Assembly (NCBI RefSeq): GCF_001194135.2
Contig: NC_068991.1
Coordinates: 77,432,881-77,496,880 of the forward strand
Direction of reading: 5' to 3'
Source of the DNA: Octopus bimaculoides
Taxonomy: Eukaryota
Length of the DNA stretch: 64,000 nucleotides
Made by a program: the position numbers and the translations under genes. Below, piece after piece: positions 1-11,959 of this stretch. The first letter of the stretch is position 1. Every line of letters starts with the position of its first letter. The notes below the pieces were generated by a model, which worked only from the letters and a program-made list of their open reading frames with translations, was not told the DNA's origin and searched no databases.

Positions 1-21
1 ATATATATATATATACATTTA

Positions 22-552
22 TACGACAGAGTGTAAGTGATTTGAGAGAAAAGCTGGGTATTTGAGTAGACAGATGTGGTGTGCATGGGAGAAAACTGCA
101 CAGGCAAGGTCATGTGAAGTATAGGGATGAGGACAGCTTCACCAAGAAGTGCTGATCTCTTAGTGTGGAGGGAATGTGTGTAGACCCAGGAAGATGCAGG
201 AAGGGTAGACCCAGGAAGACGTGGACCTCAGAGAAGGGATGGGAAAGGACCAAGACGTCTAGCAGTTTGCTGTACTTGAGAAGACAAGTAAAATCATTGG
301 TGTCCTTGCATTCAGGCATGTCTCTTGCATCCCTCTTCAGCTGAGGGAACCTAATCTTGTGGGCTCGTAGATGGTGGTGCCACATAAAAGCACCCAGTAC
401 ACTCTGTAAAGTGGTGGCATTAGAAACCATGATGTAGAAACAATGCCAAACTAGACAGGGAACCTGGGTAGTTCTTCAACTGGCCAGCTCCTGTCAAACC
501 ATCCAACCCATGCCAGCATGGAAAACAAACATTAAATGATGATGATAATAAT
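22..552 (+). mobile_element. RTE-clade LINE 3' end (degenerate ORF C-terminus plus 3' UTR ending in a (GAT)n-like tail)
   Basis: Frameshifted translation RQSVSDLREKLG...GHV..RDEDSFTKKC..LSVEG...GRPRKTW...FAVLEKT resembles the RTE C-terminal region. It is followed by the common 3' UTR (ctggccagctcctgtcaaaccatccaacccatgccagcatggaaa...tgatgatgataata). Confidence 0.8.
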
Positions 553-622
553 GATATGTATATATATATATATGTGTGTGTGTATGTGTGTGTGTATAAG
601 TGTGTGTGTATAAGTGTGTGTG

Positions 623-658
<36 letters not shown>

Positions 659-784
659 AAAACTACCAGGTATAAACCATTCATTTTATTATCTAATAAT
701 ATATATATACATATATATACACATACATATATATACACACACACACATACATGTACACACACACACACACATAGATGACAGTCT

Positions 785-945
785 TCCTTAAACTTCTGTC
801 TACCTAATCCACTCACAAGGCTTTGATCAGCCTGGGGCTATAGCACAAGTCACTTGCCCAAAGTGCCATGCTGTAGTATTGGGCCCAGAACCATGTCCTA
901 TGTGGTTGGGAAGCAAAATTCTTACCACACAGTCACACCTGTGCT
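785..945 (-). mobile_element. tRNA-derived SINE family A (CORE-like domain), 5' part
   Basis: Contains ctacctaatccactcacaaggctt...cacttgcccaaagtgcc...cttaccacacag, the same family as the longer copies at 24075-24474 and 56724-57110. Confidence 0.8.
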
Positions 946-1308
946 TATGCCATACTTGTGCATACATACATACATACATACATGCATACATATGTGTGTA
1001 TGTATGTCTACAAGGGGTTGCTGAAAAGTTCCTGTCTTTAAGATTATTTTTGGTTGTTCTTGTACATTTTGTTCCATTTCACATCTCTGTTTCTCTGATT
1101 TAGGTCTAAAAAATGGTTGTAGTAGGTGGATTGTTGCGGAAATTCTGTATTGTGTTTGGTTTGCTGAGGAGAAAATGGGTGTAAAGTGTGTCTGTGGTAG
1201 TATGTTTGTGGTGGAGTGACTGTGTAGCGGACTAGATTATGGTTGTACTGAGGGTTGTTATATTGTCTATAGTTGATGTGGCTTGGGTTAAATTTATTTT
1301 TAATATTG

Positions 1309-1349
<41 letters not shown>

Positions 1350-1350
1350 T

Positions 1351-1534
1351 ATTTATTATATTAAAGGCATTACTACATGTAAATGCCTCATGCTATGAGG
1401 GACTCTTAAAGTCAATACTACCATAATAAATATACAGTGTCGGTACACTGTATATTTATTATGGTAATTTTAACTTTAAGAGTCCCTCATAACATATGGT
1501 ATTTACGTGTAGTAATGCCCTGAATATAATAAAT
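1351..1534. repeat. Long imperfect palindrome (foldback element)
   Basis: Arms 1351-1440 and 1445-1534 are reverse complements with few mismatches around a 4-nt spacer (cggt): ...taccataataaatatacagtgt-cggt-acactgtatatttattatggta... Confidence 0.9.
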
Positions 1535-1591
1535 GTATAGGGAATAATTATAAACTTTTCCCTTATATGGTTTTCATCGTATATCTAATTT

Positions 1592-1592
<1 letters not shown>

Positions 1593-1689
<97 letters not shown>

Positions 1690-1736
1690 CTCACACACAC
1701 ACACACACACACAAACACTCACACACACACACACAC
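1593..1736. repeat. (AC)n microsatellite
   Basis: Directly visible long AC run with a few interruptions. Confidence 0.95.
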
Positions 1737-2255
1737 ATATATACAGAAAGAAAGAGAGATGTACCAGTGGTAGATGGTACATTTCCATGTGTTTACAGCT
1801 AAAGTTAATATTTCTCATAAGAGAACTTAGTAAATATATAATAAGCTAAGTTAGAATATTTAGTGCTAATAACATTAGTCTCCATGCAAAGTATACAATG
1901 GTATTAAACAACTGGAAAAGACTACACAACATAAATGGATGAAGAAAATCATAAATTCACTACTTCTATGTTCTTTCTAGACACCTGTATTTCAGGATGT
2001 TTGCCTTCAACAGACTTTGCTGAACTTCCCATGGAGATAGCCAAATTATTGCTATACATACAAGTGATATTGGATATGTCAACAACATTGAATGGCATGA
2101 AACGAATCAAATGAGTTGAATGAGATTCCATTTTAGATATGGTAAATCAGCTTCCTAAGATTGGATTGCCTTTTATAATTGTGCTATTAAAAAATTAGTC
2201 ACAGAGTAATTATCAGATCTGAGGTACATACTAGTGGAATACTACACACACACAC

Positions 2256-2325
<70 letters not shown>

Positions 2326-2340
2326 GTAATAATAATAATA
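2256..2340. repeat. (AAT)n microsatellite
   Basis: Directly visible. Similar (AAT)n tracts occur near 20860-20910, 28815-28865, 48680-48790 and 49395-49430. Confidence 0.95.
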
Positions 2341-2490
2341 GAGGTTGTCCATATTGTCATCAGAGCATTGGGTTCAATACCACCCAATCTAAAAAACATC
2401 TGAAAACCTTAGAAATACCCTATAATCTAGGTATATTGCAAAAGTCAGCATTACTTGGAACTGCATGCATATTGCGCGAAATACTTATGA
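2341..2490 (+). mobile_element. R4/Dong-clade LINE, extreme 3' coding fragment
   Basis: Translation with one frameshift, EVVHIVIRALGSIPPNLK../LEIPYNLGILQKSALLGTACILREIL, matches the C-terminal VVPIVIGALG...LQKSALLGTA motif of restriction-like-endonuclease LINEs. Confidence 0.75.
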
Positions 2491-2496
2491 TGAGCT

Positions 2497-2922
2497 TCTT
2501 TCTGTTTCCCTCTACCAAATCCACTCACAAGGCTTTGGTCATGGTTCAGTCCCACTGCATGGTACCTTGGGCAAGTGTCTTCTACTATAGCTTTGGGCCA
2601 ACCAAAGCCTTGTGAGTGGATTTGGTAGATGAAAGCTGAAAGAAGCCCATCTTATGTGTTTATACAAGCATGTATATATTTATGTGCATGTGTCCTTGTG
2701 TCTATGCTTGTCCCCCCCCCCCACCATCCATCACTTGACAACTGATGTTGGTGTGTTTACGTCCCCATAACTTAACTGTTCGGCAAAAGAGACTGATAGA
2801 ATAAGTTCTAAGCTTACAAAGAATTAGTCCTGAGGTCGAATCTTTGACTAAAAAGAAACCCATAAAGGCAGTGCTCCAGCATGGCCACAGTCAAATGACT
2901 GAAACAAGTAAAAGAATGAAAG

Positions 2923-2925
<3 letters not shown>
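2497..2925 (+). mobile_element. SINE family A, 5'-truncated, preceded by an inverted partial copy
   Basis: 2541-2925 is a plus-strand copy (ggttcagtcccactgc...ccttgggcaagtgtc...gctccagcatggccacag...(CA)n). 2497-2540 is the reverse complement of about 2600-2645. Confidence 0.8.
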
Positions 2926-2998
<73 letters not shown>

Positions 2999-3654
2999 CA
3001 TAGATAGATAGATAGATAGATAGATGTACAGAGGAATAAATAGTTTGTAGATAGAGGAAGAATATTTATTCTTGTGATAGTTAAGCAGACACACAATTAA
3101 ACAGAAAGAATTCAAATCGCAGTGTCATAACATTTTAATATATCAAAATATCTGAAACAGAATGAAACATACATATTCTCGAGATTCTTTCACTGAATAT
3201 GATTACATATTCATAGCAGAAACATGTATATAAAATCATTTATGCACACATTTTACACGGTGTTTGTATATTTAATTTTATGTACCCATTCCCTCCAGAA
3301 GCATGATTGTATGTCCAGGGAAATTGTTTCATAGAATATGTATATTTATTTTCATGTATGTACCTTTGTTTATTTCCCATGCGTCATGTCATTCCATTTA
3401 AGTTATATACATCCCACCCACCACCACACACACACATACACATTAAAACAAACAGTATTTTATTTTAGTTGAGTCAGTCTTTTACTACTCTGAGTTTTCA
3501 CTGTGTTTATACAGATTTCAGACAAGTCATTCATTACAGGTGGAGCTCAGGATAGCAAGAAACTGACTCAATCGTAATGTAATACATTATTATTGTCTGC
3601 TATACTATGGAATACTCATTTTCCCATAAGTCAGTACTAAACAAATATATATAT

Positions 3655-3697
<43 letters not shown>

Positions 3698-3863
3698 NNN
3701 NNNNNNNNNNNNNNNNNNNNNNNNNNNNNNNNNNNNNNNNNNNNNNNNNNNNNNNNNNNNNNNNNNNNNNNNNNNNNNNNNNNNNNNNNNNNNNNNNNNN
3801 NNNTAATAAATCAATCATCGGTATGAAAGCACCATTATTGGTGGAGAACTTATTCAAAAGCTC

Positions 3864-4009
3864 ATATATATTTATAAATATAATTAAGGGATCAGCAAAT
3901 ATTTGCTTCACCATATACCAAAGTTCAGAAATAGCAGCTAATTTCTGAACTTCGGTATATGGTGAAGCAAATATTTGCGGATCCCTTAATTATATTTATA
4001 AATATATAT
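3864..4009. repeat. Near-perfect palindrome (about 72-bp arms)
   Basis: atatatttataaatataattaagggatcagcaaatatttgcttcaccatataccaaagttcagaaatagc-a-gctaatttctgaacttcggtatatggtgaagcaaatatttgcggatcccttaattatatttataaatatat. I counted two substitutions and one indel between the arms. Confidence 0.9.
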
Positions 4010-4049
4010 ATATATACATATATATACACACACACACAACTACTATAAC

Positions 4050-4320
4050 TCCATGTGAATGGATTTGGAAGATGGAAACTGAAAGAAGCCCATCGTATAT
4101 GTGTGTGTGTGTATTTGTGTGTCTCTGTTTGTTGCTTCATCATTGCTTGACGACTGATGCTGGTGAGTTTATTTCCCCGTAACCTATCGGTTCGGCAAAA
4201 GATACCAATAGAATAAGTACTAGGCCTACAGAGAATAAGTTCTGGGGTCGATTTGTTCACTGAAAGGTGGTGCTCCATCATGGCTGCAGTCAAATGACTG
4301 AAAGAAATAAAAGAGAAACA
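4050..4320 (+). mobile_element. SINE family A, 3' part
   Basis: tgtgaatggatttggaagatggaaactgaaagaagcccatc...ggttcggcaaaagataccaatagaataagtactaggc...gctccatcatggctgcagtcaaatgactga. Confidence 0.75.
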
Positions 4321-4838
4321 GAATATATATATATATAGAGAGACATACATATACATACATATATAATGATATGTAATTATAAAATTCAAGGACTTAAGTG
4401 TAGGAAGTTAGTAAGCTTTGAGAAGTTCACAGAGGATATAAAAAGACAACTTTCAGGAGCAATGATAGTTCATTGGCAGAGAGAAGGCCTTAGGTTTTTC
4501 CCATATCGAAGTTCAATAAGCTGAAAAAAGTTCTTTTAAAGTTCACGGTTTGTATCTAGGGTTGCTATGTGTGCAAATAAAAATCCAAATTGAGGGAATG
4601 GAGCTGGTAAAAAAATCCTGGCTACATATATTTCTTAGCTAGCAGAACACTGGAAGTAGCAATTACCCAACAAGAGGTACTCCACTAGCTACTCATCAGA
4701 CTGAATATACCTTAGTTAAATGAAGGTCACATTGTCATCAAGAGGTCCCAAGTTTACTTGCAGGAGATGTGATTTAAACTGTTAACTTGGGATCCCTTGA
4801 CATCAATATATATATATATATATATTTGTTCAAAACTT

Positions 4839-4902
<64 letters not shown>

Positions 4903-5819
4903 TATTCGTATGTATGTACGTAAGTTCATACATATATACATGCACACACAATGTATGTGTAGTCCTGAATGAGATATTTTTTAGGAATACATCCTGCTGC
5001 CCATGTTTACAAGTGTACCCTTTGCATACCACCAATATTTATATAAGGGAATGGTCGCTGGCTGTGGTTGACACAGCTTAGCACCAGTGACATCACAAGT
5101 TTTGTTATCAAGATGCAAAGAACCAGAAAAACTACTGGAAAGCATCTTGATCAACCCTTTAACAGCTTCACTCATCCACTTCTCTGCATTGGTATTTTTT
5201 TATGTATCTTGAAAAGCAAAGCTCTCGTTATGGGTGGGGGTTGATTTCAGGGCACAGAAAAGGAGAACAAATACTGCCCAACACTCTACTAAGTCAGCCA
5301 ATTTACTATCAAAGGGATACATATTGTACATTTGGTGGCTCTCATTTCCCTACCTTGCTTGGAAACAGATGCTAGTTAGCAACATGAAGGGCATCTAGCT
5401 GTAGAAATTCTACCTTGATACCTTCCGTGTAATCCATTCAAACATGAAAAAGTGGATGTGGAAATGATGATGATGATAATGAGGAGGAGGAGGAGGTTTT
5501 ATATATAAATCATGTTGATAATTGGAAAAAAATTAAGCAAGCTTTTATGATAAATTTTGTGGGCATGTGTGTTTGTATGTTCATTATAAATTAAATTTAC
5601 ATTTGTGATGCCTCAATTAAATTGTGAAATACAAATTAAATTTACTTTTGTGGCATATCAGTAGTTTAATATCATGTCGTTGCTCTAACCTGTCTGTCCA
5701 TTAAGATGGCTGGAACCATAGAGACCTAGTTATGAGTGAGTGACTGGCCATCAATTGCAGCTGGCTTCCATCTATATACAGGCCGAAATCAACTCCCAGC
5801 TAAATTTAAATTTATATGA

Positions 5820-6620
5820 ATGTGGAATGAGTAAAATGGATAAAGAGAGGAAGAATAGAAAGAAGAGAAAATGATGAGAGACACACGGACACACACAAAG
5901 GGGAAGAGAAAGAGAGACGTTGGGAAGTGGAAAGAAAGAATGAGAGAAGGCAAAAATGAAATGAAACAGAAATGGAGACAGAGAGAGATTGCATGATACT
6001 GAAAGAGGAAGAATACTAGGAAGATAATAATAAGAGAGAGAGATGGAGAATGAAAAAATCGATTGGTAAATAGAAAAATAACCATCGTGTGATAGAGGAA
6101 GACCTTGAAACCGAGAGAAAGTGAGATATATATAGGTGGTTGGGGTTGGGGAGGGGGAGAAGAATCAACTGGCAGAAAGAGTAAGACAGTGATAGAGACT
6201 AAAATGCACAGAGGGGAAAAAGAGAGAGAGAGAGAGAGAGCAACATAGGAACTGTGAGGAGAGAGAAAAAGAAAGAAATTTGGCAAGCAACAGAGAAAGA
6301 TTAAGACTGAGAAATGGAGAGGAAAAACATGTGTACATATGTGTGTGTGTGTGTGTGCCTTGTGGTAATGTGTGCATCTAACAGTCACACAGAATATAAA
6401 ATATACACAAGAGATGAGTAAAAACTGTTAATGAGATACAAGGAAAGAGAGAGAGAGAGAAGAAAAGAAAAAGGACATTGAAGAAAAATGTTGAGACAGA
6501 GAGAGAAAGAGAGATATTGAGCCAAAATTTAGAAGATAATGAGTAAAGAATAAAGAGGAGGAGAGAGAGAGAGGGAGAGAAAGAGAGAGGGAGAGAAAGA
6601 GAGAGAGAGAATGAAAGTAT
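5820..6620. repeat. Purine-rich (GA/GAA) low-complexity tract
   Basis: About 800 bp strongly dominated by A/G on the plus strand, with (GA)n runs. Confidence 0.85.
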
Positions 6621-7272
6621 GATAGCAACAATGAGGTAATAGGAGGTACAAAATGTGAATGGTTTTTTTTGTGGTTTTTTTTTGGCTAAAGATGTGGGAA
6701 TGTGTTTGTGGGAAAGAGAAAAATAACTGATTTAAAGCAGAAAACAATTTGACCAGTGTTTTTAACAAATGTGATAAAAATCTATCCAAATGCCTTTTGT
6801 TTGTGCATAAAATGTAAATAGCTATGATATATGTATAAACCTTGCCTCGGATATCATTTGAATTAAACTCATAAAGGCAAATTGCTAGGTTATGGTTTAA
6901 AGTTTTACAGCAGCATCCAGCTGGATTAATAGTCAGGTTATCAAAAAGAATTGTAAAAATCAGAAACAATATTGAAATAGAAATGTATTATAAATCTGTC
7001 CAACACAATAAACTTAGCTAACTTATATAACAGCCATTTGCAACTGCAATGTTTTTAAGCTTTTTTTGCTGCTGTTTTTCTGATGAAATGAATTGTTTTT
7101 GTCTCGTTTAATTTTGAAAATATTGAAGAATTTAGTAAAATAACTTTGTCATTAAACTGGAATTTGGAACAAAAATTAACATGAAATTTTGATGGAAGAT
7201 TTTAACTTAGATCACTTGAAAACAGGGAATTTGTGTTATAGAACTAAGAGCAGGTTGTATCAAATGGATTAG

Positions 7273-7491
7273 CCCTTTAGCATTTAATCTAACTGCATTC
7301 AGCCCAAATAAACTGTTTTATATTCAAACTGGCCAGATTTGGCCTCTCACACCTATCCTTCAATGTCATTCAAAAAATAAACAATCGCATTATCAAAATT
7401 TCAAAGCTATGAGATTAATGCATGATTAATTCAAAACAATGTAAATAAATATACTTTTCATTTGAGAGAAAGAAATCTGAATGCTAAAGGA
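7273..7491. mobile_element. piggyBac-like MITE
   Basis: TIRs ccctttagcatt (7273-7284) and aatgctaaagga (7480-7491), non-coding interior, and flanks ttag/ttcg read as decayed TTAA target sites. Confidence 0.6.
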
Positions 7492-7917
7492 TTCGAAATC
7501 AAACCCCATCTGTGCTTGGCCAGTTTGTGTCAGTCACTCCAGTCATAATAGAACTGCAGTTGGTGGTACAATACAGTGTTTCTTGGAAAGGCCTGAGTTG
7601 TCACTCACTCCTAAAACTGACACTCTCTGGGTAAAGCAGAATCTAGAGCTGCCATAAAACCTTAACATGATTCCATCTAAGTGACAAAGAAAGGAAATAT
7701 GAAGTAAGTTTTCGACTGAAATACACAATGCCCACCAACAACCGTAATAGAATTTAAATGCTCTTAAAATAAGTTTAATTTGGTTTAAAAATTAAAATAT
7801 TTGTATATCAAATTTGCCTGCACAGTGGGACTGAACCCAGAACCATGTGGTTGGGAAGCAAGCTTCTTACAACACAGCCACACGTCTGCCTATGTGTATA
7901 TATATATATATATATAT

Positions 7918-8477
7918 NNNNNNNNNNNNNNNNNNNNNNNNNNNNNNNNNNNNNNNNNNNNNNNNNNNNNNNNNNNNNNNNNNNNNNNNNNNNNNNNNNN
8001 NNNNNNNNNNNNNNNNNNNNNNNNNNNNNNNNNNNNNNNNNNNNNNNNNNNNNNNNNNNNNNNNNNNNNNNNNNNNNNNNNNNNNNNNNNNNNNNNNNNN
8101 NNNNNNNNNNNNNNNNNNNNNNNNNNNNNNNNNNNNNNNNNNNNNNNNNNNNNNNNNNNNNNNNNNNNNNNNNNNNNNNNNNNNNNNNNNNNNNNNNNNN
8201 NNNNNNNNNNNNNNNNNNNNNNNNNNNNNNNNNNNNNNNNNNNNNNNNNNNNNNNNNNNNNNNNNNNNNNNNNNNNNNNNNNNNNNNNNNNNNNNNNNNN
8301 NNNNNNNNNNNNNNNNNNNNNNNNNNNNNNNNNNNNNNNNNNNNNNNNNNNNNNNNNNNNNNNNNNNNNNNNNNNNNNNNNNNNNNNNNNNNNNNNNNNN
8401 NNNNNNNNNNNNNNNNNNNNNNNNNNNNNNNNNNNNNNNNNNNNNNNNNNNNNNNNNNNNNNNNNNNNNNNNNNNNN
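7918..8477. other. Assembly gap (largest of eight: 3698-3803, 7918-8477, 20121-20130, 26040-26375, 33403-33493, 47240-47316, 52410-52804, 53453-54003)
   Basis: Runs of N, mostly flanked by (TA)n or other simple repeats. Confidence 1.
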
Positions 8478-8520
<43 letters not shown>

Positions 8521-8660
8521 GTGCTTATTTTTTACATTTTAGTTTTTCTGTTTCCGTTTTCCATTTTCGTAACCTTAAGCATTTTTTAAATGCTGCCTTC
8601 TCAGTTTTTCCATGTTTCTTCTCCTATTCAATTTTTTTAGATCGTTATGATATGTGGTTT

Positions 8661-8716
8661 GTGTCTGATGAATATGTTTGAGATATTTCTCAACATATGA
8701 AACTATTAGTAGCACT
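8661..8716 (+). ncRNA. Type I hammerhead ribozyme-like motif (one extra A in the GAAA core)
   Basis: Helix I gtgt/gcac; CTGATGA (8665-8671); helix II atatgtt(t)gaga-tatt-tctcaacatat; GAAAA; short helix III (a)ct-att-ag(t); putative GUA cleavage triplet at 8710-8712. Confidence 0.6.
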
Positions 8717-9454
8717 TAAAGACATGTATTGTGTCCTTTAGATAATAAATTTATACACACACACACATACACACACACACACACACACAGACATATTGTC
8801 TTTTTTAGTCAGGAGGGAGGGCTGTGCCCATGACCCATTACAGGGCCTCCAGTATCCTGAAGCAGGAAATCTAGTACAGTGTGGTGATCTCTACCAAAGG
8901 CACTCAAAGTGCCAGGTGATGGTGTTAAATTGAGCTACAAGTTGAGCCTACCACCTAAACAGGATTTGAACTCAGAGTGCAGACAGTCAAAACAAGTGTG
9001 ATGAAGCAGTCTGCCTGACACTCTAGTAACTCCAGTTTGTTGTTTATGTATGTATAGCTATCTATCTATCAGTCTTTTTATTTGTCTGTCTGTCTGTCTA
9101 TTTGTATGTATGTGGGTGTGTGCATGCGAAAGGTGTCTTAAATAGATATATTCAATTAACATGTCACCATTAGCAACCAAGTATTAATAAAATATATCAA
9201 CTGATGTAATCAAATAAATTACCACAGTGTAGAATGGAAAAGACCAAAGTTCTACCAATATTTTGTGAGGCAAAATAGAATTTATAGATTAAAGGAGACA
9301 TTCGTAGTGTACTTCTTACAAGTAAATGAGTAAGACCATTTCAAGTAAATAGTAAAATTATACTCGACACCAGTACTTAGTACTTATGTGACATCATTAG
9401 TATTGCTATTAGACCAGCTGGGCACATTTGGAGCGTATTATTGGAGGTAATTAA

Positions 9455-9662
9455 GGCAGTGAGCTGGCAGAATCATTAGCATGCTAGGTGAAATGCTTAT
9501 TGGTATTTTGTCTGCTGCTATGTTCTGAGTTCAAATTCCGCTGAGGTCGACTTTGCCTGTCATCCTTTCGAGGTCAATTAGATAAGTACCAATTAAACAC
9601 TGGGGTCGATGTAATCAACTTACCTGCTCCCTGCAAATTTCAAGCCTTGTAGCTATAATAGA
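9455..9662 (+). mobile_element. tRNA-derived SINE family B (Nin/Deu-like central domain)
   Basis: ggcagtgagctggcagaatcattagc...gagttcaaattccgctgaggtcgactttgcctgtcatcctttcgaggtcaattagataagtacc. It has a B-box-like gagttcaaatt and the gcctttcatccttt..gggtcgataa..agtacc motif of Nin-domain SINEs. Confidence 0.8.
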
Positions 9663-10407
9663 AAGAAGTTTTGGAGGAAATCGATAGCTTTGCTATTATT
9701 AATAACTAAAGCAGTATTGACTCATAGTTGTTAGGGTTGTTGTTAACATTCTCTTGGAGCAATGACCTCTCAACAGTTGGAACCAGATTCTACAGCTTCT
9801 GTGACTTTTGGAATATGGTCCTTAACACCAGTTTGGAACCTTTGATAATGTTTATATAATTGTAGGTTACAAGTGTTGCTTTGGTTTAAGACATATCAAA
9901 CCAAAATTTTCACAAGATGAATGCATTGATCATTCATCTTGTGAAAAATTCCTCCACACAAAACCAAAACCAACATTTGGAACCTACTGATATGAAATTT
10001 CACTGGTTGCCTTAGATCAAAATCTACATTTTAAATGAAAATCCTGAGGTTGCCTTACACATGTAGTTTCCTTATGCTGAATTTACTCATCAGCCTATGG
10101 AGTTGCATAGTGGAACTGAACCTGAAATCATGTAGTTGCAAAGCAAACACTGTAACCTCATGGCCACAGCTGCACTAAAGCAAACGGAAGAACTAAGGAA
10201 TGGATGTAAACCAAAGATAAACATATCCAATGAAAGAAACTATAGAATCTTACAGTTTTCTAAAATCTCTTTACCCACTGCAACACACCTGTAGAATTGT
10301 GGGAGACTTCAGTTTTCTTATTAGTTAGAGATCCCACTTGAATCCCTTATCTGCTTATTCCAATGTTTACATTATGCAGTTAGCTTGTTGGACCTCAATA
10401 TATTCTT

Positions 10408-10616
10408 TTCTAGTTTAGGCACAAGGCCTGAAATTTTAGGGGAGGGGACCAGTCAATTAGAACAACTCCAGTACAGAACTGGTACTTAATTTATCGACCC
10501 CGAAAAGATGAAAGGCAAAGTCGACCTCAGCGGAATTTGAACTCAGAACGTAAAGACAGACGAAATACCATTAAGCATGTCGCCCGGTGTGCTAATGTTT
10601 CTGCCAGCTCAACGCC
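10408..10616 (-). mobile_element. SINE family B
   Basis: Reverse complement of the same family: ggtacttaatttatcgaccccgaaaagatgaaaggcaaagtcgacctcagcggaatttgaactcag. Confidence 0.85.
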
Positions 10617-11362
10617 TATTACAGCTACTTGGGTTTTCAAGTTTCTAATCCTTTTAATTACTTCAGCTCTTTGTGTTCTAAACTGATCCCTCCCCAGAGC
10701 TGAAGGTTTTTAAAAAAGCCAGCTAGGACAGCTTGGCCTTATTTTCTTTGAATCGGAGATTAATCCCAGCTCAGCCCTTCCAGCCCTTTGCATGAATATT
10801 AAGGTAGTGATCACAATCACTTAAAATTTTTTTTTCATCTCACCACATCAAAGTCTCCTGAAATGACACACACACAAATTGTTTGACCCAAGGATATAAT
10901 AGAAAGCACTTGATGGCAATTGTAAGGAAGCCTGTTGTATATATTTTTGTGAGTGTGTGTATGTGTACATGCATGAGTGTATGTTGACAGTCTACAACTG
11001 CACAAGGCATCGCCTGAGATTAAACACTGACGAAATGTTTACATATTCTGTGGACATTATGACTAATTGCTCCGTGCTTTCAAAGACAAGTGGAATGCAA
11101 AAAATCCTTTACTTGAAACATGTGTAGTTTGGCAATAGGAATGGTATCCTGTTTTACAATATAGCCTCAGAATAGTCTTAGTCCAACCCATGTTAGTGTG
11201 GAGAAATGGATATAAACATAAGAATGAATATATATGTGAGAATGGATGAGAAAATGATAGGAGAGAGTTTAAAAATGCTGGATGCCCTTCCAAATGCCAA
11301 CCACTCTGAGAGTAGTGGGTACTTTTTATGTGCCACCAGCACAAGAGTCAGTCAGACAGCAC

Positions 11363-11397
<35 letters not shown>

Positions 11398-11959
11398 GTG
11401 TTGTTGGCTGAGTGGGTGTGTATATTTGTGTCTCCTTGACGTCACATGATAGTTGTAAATGAGAGTTACCATCCTACAAGACATAGCGTTCATTTCCAAT
11501 CTTCTGTGAAAACATGTCTGGTCATGAGTAATATTACCTTACTTGGAAACTAGTGTGGGTTGGTGACATGAAATGCGACTGATGTAGAAAATTGGTCTCA
11601 ACAAATTCCAGCTGATGCATGCAAGCCTGAAAAAGTGGATATTAAAACAACGATGACCTTCCTGCCATTACCAATCTTTTTTCATTTAGCATTTCATAGT
11701 TGTTCTTCCAGTATTGGATTACTGAATATCAAGTTGCATCCTGAAAAGCTTTCTCCAGAATCAAGATATTCACCTTCATATCCAATATCTTCAATTAACC
11801 ATTTAAACTTTTACCACTGTCCCTCTGGTTCCTATTACAAATAGGATAACAACTTTACAACAATTCCCAGTTCTCTGAATTCTTTAGTCTAGGTTCTCAT
11901 ATTTTTCTTCACATTCTTAATCTACCCTGCGCTTACCTCTATTGAATATAACAATGTCT

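Noticed and set aside
4690-4705. CTGATGAG on the minus strand (similar heptamers near 7080, 15102 and 34402)
   Set aside because: No helix II closed by GAAA and no helix I partner could be built.
5650-5680. atatcagtagtttaatatc, reminiscent of U2 snRNA
   Set aside because: The match is short, with no branch-point recognition region or Sm site.
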